A stretch of 64,000 bases of DNA from Candidatus Poribacteria bacterium (GTDB lineage: Bacteria; Poribacteria; WGA-4E; PCPOR2b). This document shows, piece by piece, positions 29,234-39,485 of this stretch (position 1 is the stretch's first letter; the number at the start of each line of letters is the position of its first letter). Location of the stretch: positions 1,952,001 through 2,016,000 of the forward strand of contig OZ240245.1 in NCBI GenBank assembly GCA_965198175.1. Direction: 5' to 3'. Below the pieces are notes generated by a model. It was not told the DNA's origin, did no database searches, and saw only the letters and a program-made list of their open reading frames with translations. The translations under genes and the position numbers were made by a program.

Positions 29234-31507
29234 TCAAAGATTCCAGAGATAGGACATTTTGATCACGAAAACCCGATCGTCCAACCTCAATTCTTCTTCA
29301 TCAGTAATCCAATCTTCGTTATAAGCAACAAAGATATGGCTTTTCGGGCTGTACTCCCAGCCGAACAGTACGCTGACCAGATAGTTCTTCTCAGTGTGTA
29401 TCTTGTCGGAGAAGGTTTGTCCACGTCCAACTTGGGTGAACACCCTCAGAAATGCATCCCGGGTAAACAGATAAGTGATACGCAACGAACTTACGAAGAA
29501 ACGTCCGTTGATGCCAGCTTCTCGATCCAAGCTCTGGGCGTAACTGCCCGATAATACCGTAGTGAAATTGCTCTGAGGTCGTAGAGTGCTAAATAGAGAG
29601 AGTTGCCGTTTCTTCCCGGTGGCTTGTCTCGCAAAATTGTAAAAATCTCCCAACTCCCCCATCACACCTACCGAAGCGGGGCGCGCACTGTTGGTTTCAA
29701 CAAAGAATCCGTATCCGTTTGCCGTGAATACATCCGTCAACTCAACTTCCCGCGCCCGTCGATAATGCGCACCTAGGACATCAAAAAACGACTCCGTAAA
29801 CTTTACACCCGCTGAGAGGTCTCCTTCGCAAGCAATCAAATCCTCTTCAAACTCTGGAGAAAGTGTGCTGTTCGGATTTTTCTCCTTCCAGTTGGTAAAA
29901 TACGCCTCGGTGTAAAGCCCTTGATGACCGCTGCCATGTCCTTCCAAAAAAAACTGATGTGAACCCAACTGAGGAGTGTAAGCCGCTTCGACATTGACAC
30001 CCTGCACCCCGCGATACATCTCCTTTTGCAGGAACCCTGTCTGATTGGTTTCAAACAAGGGATCGATCCGTTCAACCCCTACCGTGGCGTTCCAGAGGTA
30101 ATTGCGCTGACCAAATTCGATGAGATAGGCGCCGTTCTTCGTGTCAGGTCCGGGATGAAAGCTCCGACCGTATTGTGCTGACAGTCGATAGGTTTTATGA
30201 AAGAGCAAATTCGCGTCCACCCCTCCCACGCGGCTATAATCTCCCTGATTGTCATCATTAATGTGTTCTTTATTGGCGACGATAAACCCAATATTTGAAC
30301 GCTTCAAGATATCTTTTTTGAGTCGGATTGCTGAATACAACACCGCTTCCTTGTGTTCTGACGGCTGTCCAAACCCCAGCGCATCGAAACTGCCGGTTTG
30401 GCTGCCGAGCAAACCGATGGAGTAATCTCCAACCTTGCCGGTCGTCTTCGCGCCCCAGAGAATATCCCCACGACTGCCAATCCGTCGGCTGAAAAAGAGG
30501 TCCAACGGGGTTTCAAAGAAGCTGTTTCCCTCAATGAAGAAAGGGCGTTTCTCTGGAAAGCGTGTCGGAAAGCGTGTCAAGTTGATTTCCAGTTGGTCGG
30601 CTTCCACTTGGGCGAAATCAGGGTTAACGGTAAGGTTAGTCTTAAATGACTCTGTCAAGTTATACTGAATATCCAGACCTGTTCCTAGTTGATGCTCCAC
30701 CCCTTCATCCTGTTCAGAGACAGATTTTTCGTTGTCACCCTTGGACAATCCTCCTAAGAAGTAGGGAGAGATTTCAAACTGTTTGCCCGCTTCGATATCT
30801 CGAACTCGCGCCAAATGACCCAAGTCAGCCATCCGCGTAACTGCGCCGGACTGGGACATCTGCTTCCAAACGGTGACCTCGTTTTTTCTCCGATTCACGC
30901 GCTCAACGTCGAATCCCCACACCGGTTCCTCCCTCGCTGTAAATCGGAAATTTGCAAACGGGATTTTAAACTCAGCAGTCCACCCCAGTTCATCCCGCTG
31001 TGTTTCAACCCACCAAATTCCTTGCCAACTGGAGTCCGACTGGGCGTCATTATAACGATAGGCGTCGCTTTGCACGCCGCCGGGCGTCGTGGCAAATTTG
31101 TAGCCGGTGCGGTGGTCATGATGTGGATCTAGGAAGAAGGAGATAACATCCGACTCATACACATTTCCCCGACGGGTGATGCGATTGATAATTTTATCGG
31201 GAGCGGCATCGTAGCAACGGAAGCCCACGTAGAGATGATTACGGTCATAGGCGATAGCGAACGCGGTATCATCGGTCGCAGGCTGACCGCGGTCGGGGGT
31301 GAGTTGAGTGAAACCGCGTACGAACCTTGTGCTTTGCCAAGCGAGATCGTCCAATCGTCCATCAATTTTTGGGGGCGGTATGTCTTCGATTCGGTGAGCT
31401 TCCACAATATGCGTTCCTAATCCATCTTCATGTGCCCATAGTGGATTCGGAACTAGTAACAACAGCGGCAAGATGAAAGCGGATACCTGACACTGACCTT
31501 TTTTCAC
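29234..31507 (-). CDS. CBM9-like/DUF5916 outer-membrane barrel protein
   Basis: Signal peptide; PKIDGRLDD..W; TVNPDFAQVEAD; FPEKRPFF.EG; FFSRRIG; aromatic C-terminus. Confidence 0.85.
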   Translation of the reverse strand: MKKGQCQVSAFILPLLLLVPNPLWAHEDGLGTHIVEAHRIEDIPPPKIDGRLDDLAWQSTRFVRGFTQLTPDRGQPATDDTAFAIAYDRNHLYVGFRCYDAAPDKIINRITRRGNVYESDVISFFLDPHHDHRTGYKFATTPGGVQSDAYRYNDAQSDSSWQGIWWVETQRDELGWTAEFKIPFANFRFTAREEPVWGFDVERVNRRKNEVTVWKQMSQSGAVTRMADLGHLARVRDIEAGKQFEISPYFLGGLSKGDNEKSVSEQDEGVEHQLGTGLDIQYNLTESFKTNLTVNPDFAQVEADQLEINLTRFPTRFPEKRPFFIEGNSFFETPLDLFFSRRIGSRGDILWGAKTTGKVGDYSIGLLGSQTGSFDALGFGQPSEHKEAVLYSAIRLKKDILKRSNIGFIVANKEHINDDNQGDYSRVGGVDANLLFHKTYRLSAQYGRSFHPGPDTKNGAYLIEFGQRNYLWNATVGVERIDPLFETNQTGFLQKEMYRGVQGVNVEAAYTPQLGSHQFFLEGHGSGHQGLYTEAYFTNWKEKNPNSTLSPEFEEDLIACEGDLSAGVKFTESFFDVLGAHYRRAREVELTDVFTANGYGFFVETNSARPASVGVMGELGDFYNFARQATGKKRQLSLFSTLRPQSNFTTVLSGSYAQSLDREAGINGRFFVSSLRITYLFTRDAFLRVFTQVGRGQTFSDKIHTEKNYLVSVLFGWEYSPKSHIFVAYNEDWITDEEELRLDDRVFVIKMSYLWNL

Positions 31508-31562
31508 AACGCAACCTTATCGTGATACGAGATAAGCGCAAAAAAACACCAGAAAAGCTGAG

Positions 31563-32786
31563 TTAATCATCCAGTGGGTTAAGATTCGATTTTGAGTACT
31601 GCGCGAGCTGCTCTGAACCAATATTCTTAAACTTTCCGTTGTTCTGATTTGTCAATGAGATCAGCAGTTGCGCCCCCCTCGACTTTTGTAAATTGATTTC
31701 AAGCCCCACAACATAAATGCTCGCATCATTTACGTTCTTCGCCCTGACGGTTTCAAGGATTTTCCTAGAATCTGTTTCGATGTAGTCTTGCCTGTTGCGG
31801 CTCGCTGTTGGAAGTCCATCAGTCACCAATACGATGATAGATGTTTCGATTTCAAGGGCTTTTTCGATGGATTCGAGGAGGTTTGTCCCTTGAAAATTCA
31901 CGATGCGTTCAGGGGTGAACCGATTGAGGTATTTCGACGCTTTTTCCATATTCTCGATCGTCGCTGGAAGCAGCGACTTGCTCATCAGTGTGGCATTAGC
32001 CGAGAAAGTGATAATATTGAAATAGTCATCGTTTCCAAGCGAAAACATTGATTCTTTAATCGATTCGAGTGCGAGCTCGAGCTTCTTCAATCCTGCCGCT
32101 TGCATGCTAGCAGAGACATCAAGGCAATAGACAATGTGTTGCGGTCCTTCAAATTCGTCGAGAAAATCGATAATACCCAATCTATCGGCAATTCCTGAAT
32201 TTCCACCCCCGCCAAGGAGTCCGTCTTTGGAGTCGCCGTAGGAATCAATCCCGAATATCCCGTTGCGTTGCCCACGTACCCGCACACGTCCTGTGACCTC
32301 ACCCTGCCCGTCAACCCGTCCACGGTGGGACACTAGTCGTTCAAGATTTGAAGCTTCGGCATCCCGAAGTTGCGCGTCGGTCATTATTTCAGGAATCTTC
32401 TCATTTGGCGCTGCTGTGTTCATTTCGACATTTTCGTACACAATCCGTTCACTGAGACGCATAACCTCTCGCATTTTGTTCGGTGATGACTCGGCGAGTT
32501 TGTTTTTTGCCTCGCGTGCAAGAGGTTTGTCGGGGCTATAGACTTTCATTTTCAGCGGCGGTTTGGTCCGGAGCTTTCGCAGTTGCGGTTTAGGTACGTT
32601 CTTGACCCATTCAACTGCTATGCTATCGTCGTGTTCGACAGGCTCCTGCTGGAGGGCAAAAAGATAGATGATTGCAGCAATGAGGTGTACGATTAAAGAC
32701 AGAAGTAACGCCGATCGACCCCGAATTTTGCTGCGCTCAATCTGCTCTTGTCTGGTAGCCAATGTTGCCGATTGTAAAGGCGCCAT
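31563..32786 (-). CDS. Membrane-anchored VWA domain protein
   Basis: SLIVH N-terminal TM (TonB-like); MIDAS DVSAS, GTNL, VTDG. Confidence 0.82.
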   Translation of the reverse strand: MAPLQSATLATRQEQIERSKIRGRSALLLSLIVHLIAAIIYLFALQQEPVEHDDSIAVEWVKNVPKPQLRKLRTKPPLKMKVYSPDKPLAREAKNKLAESSPNKMREVMRLSERIVYENVEMNTAAPNEKIPEIMTDAQLRDAEASNLERLVSHRGRVDGQGEVTGRVRVRGQRNGIFGIDSYGDSKDGLLGGGGNSGIADRLGIIDFLDEFEGPQHIVYCLDVSASMQAAGLKKLELALESIKESMFSLGNDDYFNIITFSANATLMSKSLLPATIENMEKASKYLNRFTPERIVNFQGTNLLESIEKALEIETSIIVLVTDGLPTASRNRQDYIETDSRKILETVRAKNVNDASIYVVGLEINLQKSRGAQLLISLTNQNNGKFKNIGSEQLAQYSKSNLNPLDD

Positions 32787-32949
32787 GATGGATTCCTCTC
32801 ATGATGGTTTCCTCTGTTGATCGGGCAAACCTTTAAAACTTAGATTGACTTGCCATAGGTTGCGGGAGGCTTACGCTATCACTTGGTGAAACTTCAAGTT
32901 AACGGCTTAAACGGCTCATCCAGACGAGACTTGGTGTTGTCACATAAAT

Positions 32950-34320
32950 TCAAATCTTAATCTGTTCCCACCGGCTGCTGCGGAAGCGCAGAAAGTAAGT
33001 CATTCCAAGGAGTATGACATAAATCGTGGCTCCCACCCACGCACCCACAACACCGAACCCTAAAAAAACGCCAAGCCAATAAGCGAGCGGAAGAAATAGC
33101 AACCATGCGTAACCAATGCCAACCCACATCGTGAAAAGCGTATCCCCCGCTCCTTTGAGCGCGCCCACCGAACAGATTCCGAATGCATCTGAAATTTGGA
33201 AGATAGCGGCAAAAAACAGGATGTGCTTTCCAAGTCGCGCGACCTCCACGTCCGGCGTAACTAACGAGAACAGCCATTCCGGAACTGTAAAGAACACAAT
33301 CGCAGCCACCAAGGTGTAAGCAACCCCCATTTTGATTGTCGTGTAACCGCTCTTTCGAGCGTAATGTAGTTCATTGGATCCGATATATTGTCCGACCAAT
33401 GTTGTCGCCGCCAGAGAGATTCCGTGTAGGGGCATAAACGACGTGGAAATTAAAGTGATTACCGCAGTATTCGCCGCAAGTGCTACATCGCTCATCTGCC
33501 CGATAAAAGCGGTGAATACCGTAAAGCTCAATAGGTCCAGAAAAAACTGAACCCCCATCGGCGCTCCAATTCGGAGAATGCGGCGCAATTCGCTGAAATC
33601 TAGCTGAAAACAGGAGCGTGTTTTGAAGGTTTGGTTGGATTTCCGTGAGAGGAAAACAGCGAGATAGCCAATTGCCGCGACGATACCCGCAATGACCGTG
33701 GCAATGGCGGCACCCGCGACTTCTAGCCTAGGGAAACCGAAATGTCCAAATATGAGTAGTAAGTCGAGGACGATGTTTACGATGTTCGCAACTAGCTCAA
33801 TCCACATCGGGGTTTGTGTGTCGCCGATGCCGCGTAGAAAGCTACTCACCCCAAAGGAGATGAAGAGGTTAATCCCACCGTACAACCGTATTTGTGTGTA
33901 GATGACCCCCAATCGTTGAACTTCTGCAGAAGGGTTCATCACGGCAAAAAGAAATTCCGTGAATCGACTCAACAGCAACACCACTAGGTACGATCCGAGC
34001 GCCAAGTAAAGTCCCTGCCAAGTTGCAACGGCGACACCGCGTCGATCTTCCGAACCGTAGCGTTGTGCAACGAAGGTATTGATGCTGACGAGCAATCCGT
34101 TGAAGAAAGAAAACAGTGTCCACGCCAATAGTCCAGCAAACCCGACTGCCGCTAGTTCAACCGCGCCGAGCCTTCCGACCATCGCCGTATCCACAAACAT
34201 CATCACGGTACGCGACGTCATCGTGATTACAACGGGATACCCCAAAATCCAGACTTCACGGTAGCCACCAGGAGCAATTATACGCTTCTTGCCATTGAGC
34301 CGCTCTTCGTTTTGCTGCAA
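32950..34320 (-). CDS. MATE family efflux transporter
   Basis: ~12 TM; DTAMVGRLG..ELAA, RGIGDT..P, GALKGAGDT. Confidence 0.93.
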   Translation of the reverse strand: MQQNEERLNGKKRIIAPGGYREVWILGYPVVITMTSRTVMMFVDTAMVGRLGAVELAAVGFAGLLAWTLFSFFNGLLVSINTFVAQRYGSEDRRGVAVATWQGLYLALGSYLVVLLLSRFTEFLFAVMNPSAEVQRLGVIYTQIRLYGGINLFISFGVSSFLRGIGDTQTPMWIELVANIVNIVLDLLLIFGHFGFPRLEVAGAAIATVIAGIVAAIGYLAVFLSRKSNQTFKTRSCFQLDFSELRRILRIGAPMGVQFFLDLLSFTVFTAFIGQMSDVALAANTAVITLISTSFMPLHGISLAATTLVGQYIGSNELHYARKSGYTTIKMGVAYTLVAAIVFFTVPEWLFSLVTPDVEVARLGKHILFFAAIFQISDAFGICSVGALKGAGDTLFTMWVGIGYAWLLFLPLAYWLGVFLGFGVVGAWVGATIYVILLGMTYFLRFRSSRWEQIKI

Positions 34321-34350
34321 TCATACCTTCCTATTCAATCAGCCCCTATC

Positions 34351-34905
34351 CTACAAGTTTCGACGAAATACGTCGCTGTCTTGTTTACTAGCATCTTGTG
34401 TCAACCCATTTCTTTCAAACATCTCAATCCACTTTTCTCCTCTAGGGGTCAATTCATAATAGGTATGATTCCGGTGCTTAATCCATTTGCCTTTGACGAT
34501 ATTCTTGCGATATTGGATGATTCGCCTTTCGACACGTTTCAAGCCGCCTATCCCCCGTAGTTTCCGATGCTGTTTGTAGGTTTCTTCCAATGGAATTGCG
34601 AGTGTTTCTGAGACAGCGATTGAATAGTCGATCCCAAACGTTTGATGATGCTTGAGGATAAGGTAATCTATCTTGTCTAGTGTGCCAAACACCGCATCGA
34701 CTTCAACCGGTTCAGCGTCTGTTGCTGTCGTCTGAATCTCCTGCCATGTCACATCGAGGAGTCGTTCTTGCCGCAGGTGTTTTAATGATGTGCAACTGGA
34801 ACGGTGAACGGCAATTGCACCATCTTCCTTAAAGTATCCGATAACGTGGTTTCCAACCTGTGGCGAGCAACACTTGGCGAGTTTGTAGGTGAGTTCTTCA
34901 GGCAT
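34351..34905 (-). CDS. RelA/SpoT zinc-finger (RIS) domain fused to a DUF2250 winged-helix domain
   Basis: LAKCCSP..G..VIGY.....IAVHRSSC...ERLLDVTW, then IDYS...GLKRV...KHRNHTYYELTPRG. Confidence 0.72.
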   Translation of the reverse strand: MPEELTYKLAKCCSPQVGNHVIGYFKEDGAIAVHRSSCTSLKHLRQERLLDVTWQEIQTTATDAEPVEVDAVFGTLDKIDYLILKHHQTFGIDYSIAVSETLAIPLEETYKQHRKLRGIGGLKRVERRIIQYRKNIVKGKWIKHRNHTYYELTPRGEKWIEMFERNGLTQDASKQDSDVFRRNL

Positions 34906-34940
34906 TTTTTCACCGCTTCAGTAAGATGCACCTTCACGTC

Positions 34941-36221
34941 TCACGAATCTCTGCCCAATACCCGATGCCCAATGTCCTTCCGAAAATGGGCTCGATCGAA
35001 ATGGATTTCTGCGACTCCGTTATATGCGCGATCAATCGCCTCTCTGACGTCACTTGCCAGCGCTGTAACCCCTAGCACACGCCCGCCATCAGTGACGATA
35101 TGTTCATTTTCCGACTTTGTGCCAGCGTGAAAGACAGTCACGCCACCCACCGCATTTGCAGCTTCTAACCCGGCGATTGCTTTGCCTTTCTCGTAAGCAC
35201 TTGGATAACCGCCGGATGCCATAACTACACAAACCGCCGCTCCCGGTTTCCATTCAACTTGAATCTCATCCAGTCCTCCGTCGACGCACGCATCGAGCAA
35301 CGGGACAAGATCGCTACCCATACGCGGCAACAGCACCTGCGCTTCTGGATCGCCGAAACGACAGTTGAACTCCAATACTTTCACCTCCGCCCCGGCAATC
35401 ATCAAGCCGACGTACAGCACACCTTTGAAAGGACGTCCCGCCTCACTCATCGCCCTGATAGTCGGATAAACAACCGTATTCATCACTTGGATGTGTATTT
35501 CAGGGGTGATAGCAGGCGCCGGGGAGTAGGCGCCCATGCCACCGGTGTTCTTCCCTCGATCGCTGTCCAGTGCCGGTTTGTGATCTTGAGAACTGACCAA
35601 AGGAAGACAATACATACCGTCGGTCAACACAGTGAACGAAGCCTCTTCCCCAGCTAGAAGTTCTTCGATGACGACCTTACTCCCTGCGCTTCCGAAGGCG
35701 CGATCTACCATAATCTGCTCAACTGCCCTGATGGCTTCCTCCGGCGTTTGACCGCGAATGGCGCCCTTGCCTGCGGCGAGCCCATCCGCCTTGACGAAGA
35801 CAGGGGTGTTAATCCCTTTGAGATACGCAATCGCTGCATCTGGATTATCGAATGTGTGGTGTGCTGCCGTTGGAATGTTGTTGTCAACCATTAACTGCTT
35901 GGCGAAGTCCTTGCTGGCTTCAAGGATTGCCGCCTTCCGACTAGGTCCAAACGCTCGGAGTCCACGTTCATGAAAGACATCGACTAAACCATTCGCCAAC
36001 GGCTGCTCGGGGCCAACGACAGCCAGATCAATCCCTTCAGTTTCGGCAAAGTCCGCGAGTTCTGCAAAGGTTTTTTCCAATGGAATCGACCGGCAATCGG
36101 CGATTTGGGCAATGCCGGGGTTACCCGGAACGCAATATACCTTTTCAACAGCCGCGCTCTGGGAAATCTTCCACGCGATGGCGTGTTCTCTTCCGCCCCC
36201 GCCGATAACTAAAACTTTCAT
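34941..36221 (-). CDS. purD: Phosphoribosylamine--glycine ligase
   Basis: GGGGREHA, KADGLAAGKG, QDHK, NTGGMGAY, EFNCRFGDPE. Confidence 0.98.
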   Translation of the reverse strand: MKVLVIGGGGREHAIAWKISQSAAVEKVYCVPGNPGIAQIADCRSIPLEKTFAELADFAETEGIDLAVVGPEQPLANGLVDVFHERGLRAFGPSRKAAILEASKDFAKQLMVDNNIPTAAHHTFDNPDAAIAYLKGINTPVFVKADGLAAGKGAIRGQTPEEAIRAVEQIMVDRAFGSAGSKVVIEELLAGEEASFTVLTDGMYCLPLVSSQDHKPALDSDRGKNTGGMGAYSPAPAITPEIHIQVMNTVVYPTIRAMSEAGRPFKGVLYVGLMIAGAEVKVLEFNCRFGDPEAQVLLPRMGSDLVPLLDACVDGGLDEIQVEWKPGAAVCVVMASGGYPSAYEKGKAIAGLEAANAVGGVTVFHAGTKSENEHIVTDGGRVLGVTALASDVREAIDRAYNGVAEIHFDRAHFRKDIGHRVLGRDS

Positions 36222-36330
36222 TTCTCTCCTTCTGATTTCTTCATACTTGTTGCCTCACGCCCATGAATTCCCAATTTTCACAGGGAATGGGTTTTGATGA
36301 GACATCCGATACAAACTTAACTGCTATCGG

Positions 36331-37449
36331 TTAAGCCTCCTCATGCGCGAAGAGCGCATCAACAAAATCGCGCGGAACAAAGTCGCGTAAATCGTCGAGT
36401 TTTTCACCGATCCCAATCAATTTGACAGGCGCACCGATTTCCTCCTTCACGGCAATGACAATTCCACCCTTCGCGGTACCGTCAAGCTTTGTCACAGCGA
36501 CGCCCGTAACAGGCACGGCTTCATTAAAGGTTTTCGCCTGCATGATTGCATTCTGACCGGCTGTCCCGTCGAGGACAAGCAGGACTTCATGCGGGGCATC
36601 CGCAAGTCCACGCGCCATGACTCTCCCAATCTTCGATAACTGGTCCATCAAGGGCTTCTTCGTATGAAGCCGCCCTGCAGTATCGACGAGAAGCACATCA
36701 ACCTGTCGCGCCTTCGCAGCTTGGACGGCATCAAAGACAACCGATGCAGGGTCTGAACCGTGGCTGCCTCTGATAAGTTCGCTACCCGCGCGATTGCACC
36801 AAATTGCCAGTTGATCCTCGGCAGCCGCGCGAAACGTATCTCCAGCTGCCACGAGCACACGCTTTCCCTCAGATCTGAATCGATGCGCGAGTTTGCCAAT
36901 TGTCGTTGTTTTACCAGAACCATTAACGCCCAATATCAGAATCGTGTACGGCTGACGCCCTTCGACATCAATGCGTTCTTCCGTTTGTCCGAGCACATCC
37001 AGAATTTCCCCCTTGAGAATTTCTTCTAATTCGGAAGGTTGCTTTAACCCCTTTGTCTTGACCGCCTCCCGAACGTTATCCATTAACTTCATCGTAGTAT
37101 TGACGCCAACATCGGCTTGAATCAGGATCCCCTCGATTTCTTCCAGCAAATCTTCATCAATGCTGTTGCCGCTGCGCAGAAGACTACCGATCTGACCAAT
37201 GAGATGATGCCGTGTTTTTGCCAGTCCCGCCTTAAGACGACTGAACCAGTTGCGCTTCTCTGTTTCCACATCGCCCGATGAATCAGTCTGTCGAGATGAT
37301 TGCGTACCCGGCTTCTCAGCAGGTATTTCTACGGCTTCAGAAGAGATTCCAGATTCCGCCGATCTCTGCTGCTCCTTCTGGGTTTGTTCCTGTGATTTGT
37401 CAGCCTTTTCTCGTTTGAATGGGTTCCTTAACATTGACGCCTTTCTCAT
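36331..37449 (-). CDS. ftsY: Signal recognition particle receptor
   Basis: GVNGSGKTTT, DTFRAAA, DTAGR, TKLDGTAKGG. Confidence 0.98.
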   Translation of the reverse strand: MRKASMLRNPFKREKADKSQEQTQKEQQRSAESGISSEAVEIPAEKPGTQSSRQTDSSGDVETEKRNWFSRLKAGLAKTRHHLIGQIGSLLRSGNSIDEDLLEEIEGILIQADVGVNTTMKLMDNVREAVKTKGLKQPSELEEILKGEILDVLGQTEERIDVEGRQPYTILILGVNGSGKTTTIGKLAHRFRSEGKRVLVAAGDTFRAAAEDQLAIWCNRAGSELIRGSHGSDPASVVFDAVQAAKARQVDVLLVDTAGRLHTKKPLMDQLSKIGRVMARGLADAPHEVLLVLDGTAGQNAIMQAKTFNEAVPVTGVAVTKLDGTAKGGIVIAVKEEIGAPVKLIGIGEKLDDLRDFVPRDFVDALFAHEEA

Positions 37450-37538
37450 GAGTAGAATTAAATGGGACTGCCAAAAACTCGGTTCCCCTTCACGTTTTTC
37501 ACCTTCTTATTACACAAGCCGGACTATTTTATCTCACA

Positions 37539-37964
37539 TTAGGGGCGATTGATAATCCCCGACTCCGTTGTAATCTTCGCTTTTCGCTTCGGTCTTTCAT
37601 GTAAATGCCCATGCCCTGGTAGAGCCATCCCCAAACGCACAGATGGTTTGTCTCCTTTTGGGAAGATGTGGTGGAAACATCGTGCTGGGACATAGACAAA
37701 ATCCCCTGCCGCTGCCTTAACCGGCCGATCTTCGCGCCCCTCAATGACCCACTCAATCTCGCCTTCAAGCACCACCCACCACTCATCATAATCGTGGCAA
37801 TGACGGTCGTTAATCTGCCCTGGATTCTGGTAAATCACCACGCCTACCACGTGTTCTGTCAGGACAACTGGATGAGACCAGGGCGGAGGTCCCATCTCAC
37901 GCTTGATTTCCTCAAGACTGATATTGTTAAGCGTTGCACTCAGAATCGGCGTGTTCAGCGGCAT
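37539..37964 (-). CDS. Cupin domain protein
   Basis: HCHDYDEWWVVLEGE and GDFVYVPA..FH. Confidence 0.85.
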   Translation of the reverse strand: MPLNTPILSATLNNISLEEIKREMGPPPWSHPVVLTEHVVGVVIYQNPGQINDRHCHDYDEWWVVLEGEIEWVIEGREDRPVKAAAGDFVYVPARCFHHIFPKGDKPSVRLGMALPGHGHLHERPKRKAKITTESGIINRP

Positions 37965-38013
37965 GGTATTCTCCTTTGGAGCTTTGTGGACAACGACAAT
38001 TTCTACCTTATTA

Positions 38014-38053
38014 AGAAAAGAAGGCTGAAGGGTAGGAAAAACCTTCAGCCTTC
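38014..38053 (-). terminator. Rho-independent terminator after the cyclophilin pair
   Basis: Perfect 12-bp stem GAAGGCTGAAGG/CCTTCAGCCTTC followed by TTTTCTT on the minus strand. Confidence 0.7.
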
Positions 38054-38105
38054 ATGAGCTTATCGCTTCATTCCTGACGTATCTTTGTCTAGAGAGTGGC
38101 GAACT

Positions 38106-38699
38106 TTAGCCTTTCTCGCGGATGCTGATTTTCGTAATTTTGTCGCCTGGCTTGAGTTCATCTAGCACATCAAGACCCTTGACGACTTTTCCAAATACTG
38201 CGTATTGACCAACGGGCTCAAGCTCAATGAGGCAGATGTAGAATTCGGAGGCGTGTGATTCTGCAGCCCCATCGCCTGCCATCGCAATAGCCCCTTTTAC
38301 ATGGCGCTGATCATTTTTCTCCAATGGAATTGTGTCAGCGACTAAGGGAGAACCTGCTTGAATGGTTTCGCCGGGGTTGTCGGTGTGAAACGACCTACCG
38401 TTGTAATATCCCAACCGGGCGTTCTTGATGAAGTTCTTTACTGTTTGGGATGCATCGGCGGGATAGAATTCCACTTCCATCATTCCTTTAGCTGTCTCAA
38501 TAACAGCGATAGCGTTGTGAATGTCAATCTGCGGGGCTTTTTTCTGCACTGGCTGCACACTTCTCGTCGGACGCGCTTTCGGCGCGGGCGGCTCTTTTTT
38601 TTCTTGTGAGCAACTTGCGAGAAATATAACCCACAGCGTTACGAGAAACATCGAAGCAAAACGCATGATGCACATTCGGTTGCTACTGAGGCGTAACAT
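38106..38699 (-). CDS. Cyclophilin-type PPIase lipoprotein with divergent active site
   Basis: Lipobox LASC; TVKNF...YYNG..FH, H.KGAIAMA, SEFYI, VFGKVVKG.DV. Confidence 0.8.
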   Translation of the reverse strand: MLRLSSNRMCIMRFASMFLVTLWVIFLASCSQEKKEPPAPKARPTRSVQPVQKKAPQIDIHNAIAVIETAKGMMEVEFYPADASQTVKNFIKNARLGYYNGRSFHTDNPGETIQAGSPLVADTIPLEKNDQRHVKGAIAMAGDGAAESHASEFYICLIELEPVGQYAVFGKVVKGLDVLDELKPGDKITKISIREKG

Positions 38700-39255
38700 A
38701 CTTTGACTTCACCTCCAATCGAACGGTTTTCATGATGTCGCCAATCTCCAACAGATCGACAACGTCCATGCCTTGGATGACCCGACCAAACGTTGTATAT
38801 CGTCCGTCGAGATGAGGTTGCGGTTTGAGGCAAATGTAAAATTGACTCCCCGCTGAGTTAGGGGCGTTTGTCCGAGCCATTGCGACTATCCCTCTCAAGT
38901 GAGGACGTTGGTTCGGATGGGTATACTCGTCAACGATGGTATAACCGGGACCACCGGTACCATCTCCGTTTGGATCGCCTCCCTGAATAATGTTCAAACT
39001 TTGATTGTCCACCTTGCGATGAAATGTAAGCCCATTGTAAAACCGTTTCTTGATCAGTTTTTCGAAGTTCTCAACGGTGACAGGCGCCGCATCCGGGTAC
39101 AACTCAATAACAAACTTCCCTTTCGTCGTTCTCATCGCGACGACCTGCTCCTCTGAAGACTCACTGGCGCCCGAAATCATCGAACAGGCCGTCCAAACGG
39201 ATGGGGCGATCAGAAGAACGAGAGCATCAATGGTAAACAGAAGATGTCTTGGCAT
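38683..39255 (-). CDS. Cyclophilin-type PPIase, exported
   Basis: FYNGLTFHR, IQGGDP.GDGTGGPGY, VAMAR, GSQFYI, HLDGRYT.FG; ATG at 39255 after GGGGAG. Confidence 0.92.
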   Translation of the reverse strand: MPRHLLFTIDALVLLIAPSVWTACSMISGASESSEEQVVAMRTTKGKFVIELYPDAAPVTVENFEKLIKKRFYNGLTFHRKVDNQSLNIIQGGDPNGDGTGGPGYTIVDEYTHPNQRPHLRGIVAMARTNAPNSAGSQFYICLKPQPHLDGRYTTFGRVIQGMDVVDLLEIGDIMKTVRLEVKSKYVTPQ

Positions 39256-39385
39256 CAACTCCCCTTTTTTGGTTGTGAAGCGATAGTAGTTTGCAGAGAT
39301 GATTTTTTTCCGGTGCTTATTAGCATAGCAAAAAGCCAATGAAAAGTCAAGATTTTCGTGCAAATTCTCGTTTCCTCCTTTCCGC

Positions 39386-39414
39386 TTGATTTTTTTCCAT
39401 GCTTGATGTATAAT
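39386..39414 (+). promoter_or_regulatory. Sigma70-type promoter of leuCD
   Basis: TTGATT, 17 bp spacer, TATAAT. Confidence 0.55.
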
Positions 39415-39485
39415 TTCGCACGCCAAAAACACGAAGACCTATCGAACCCCTATGACATTTGAAAGCCCAAGCGTTAGGAGACAAG

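Noticed and set aside
32823..32860. GGGCAAACC as the start of a c-di-GMP-I riboswitch
   Set aside because: No GACGCAAA second element, and it is antisense to the downstream gene.
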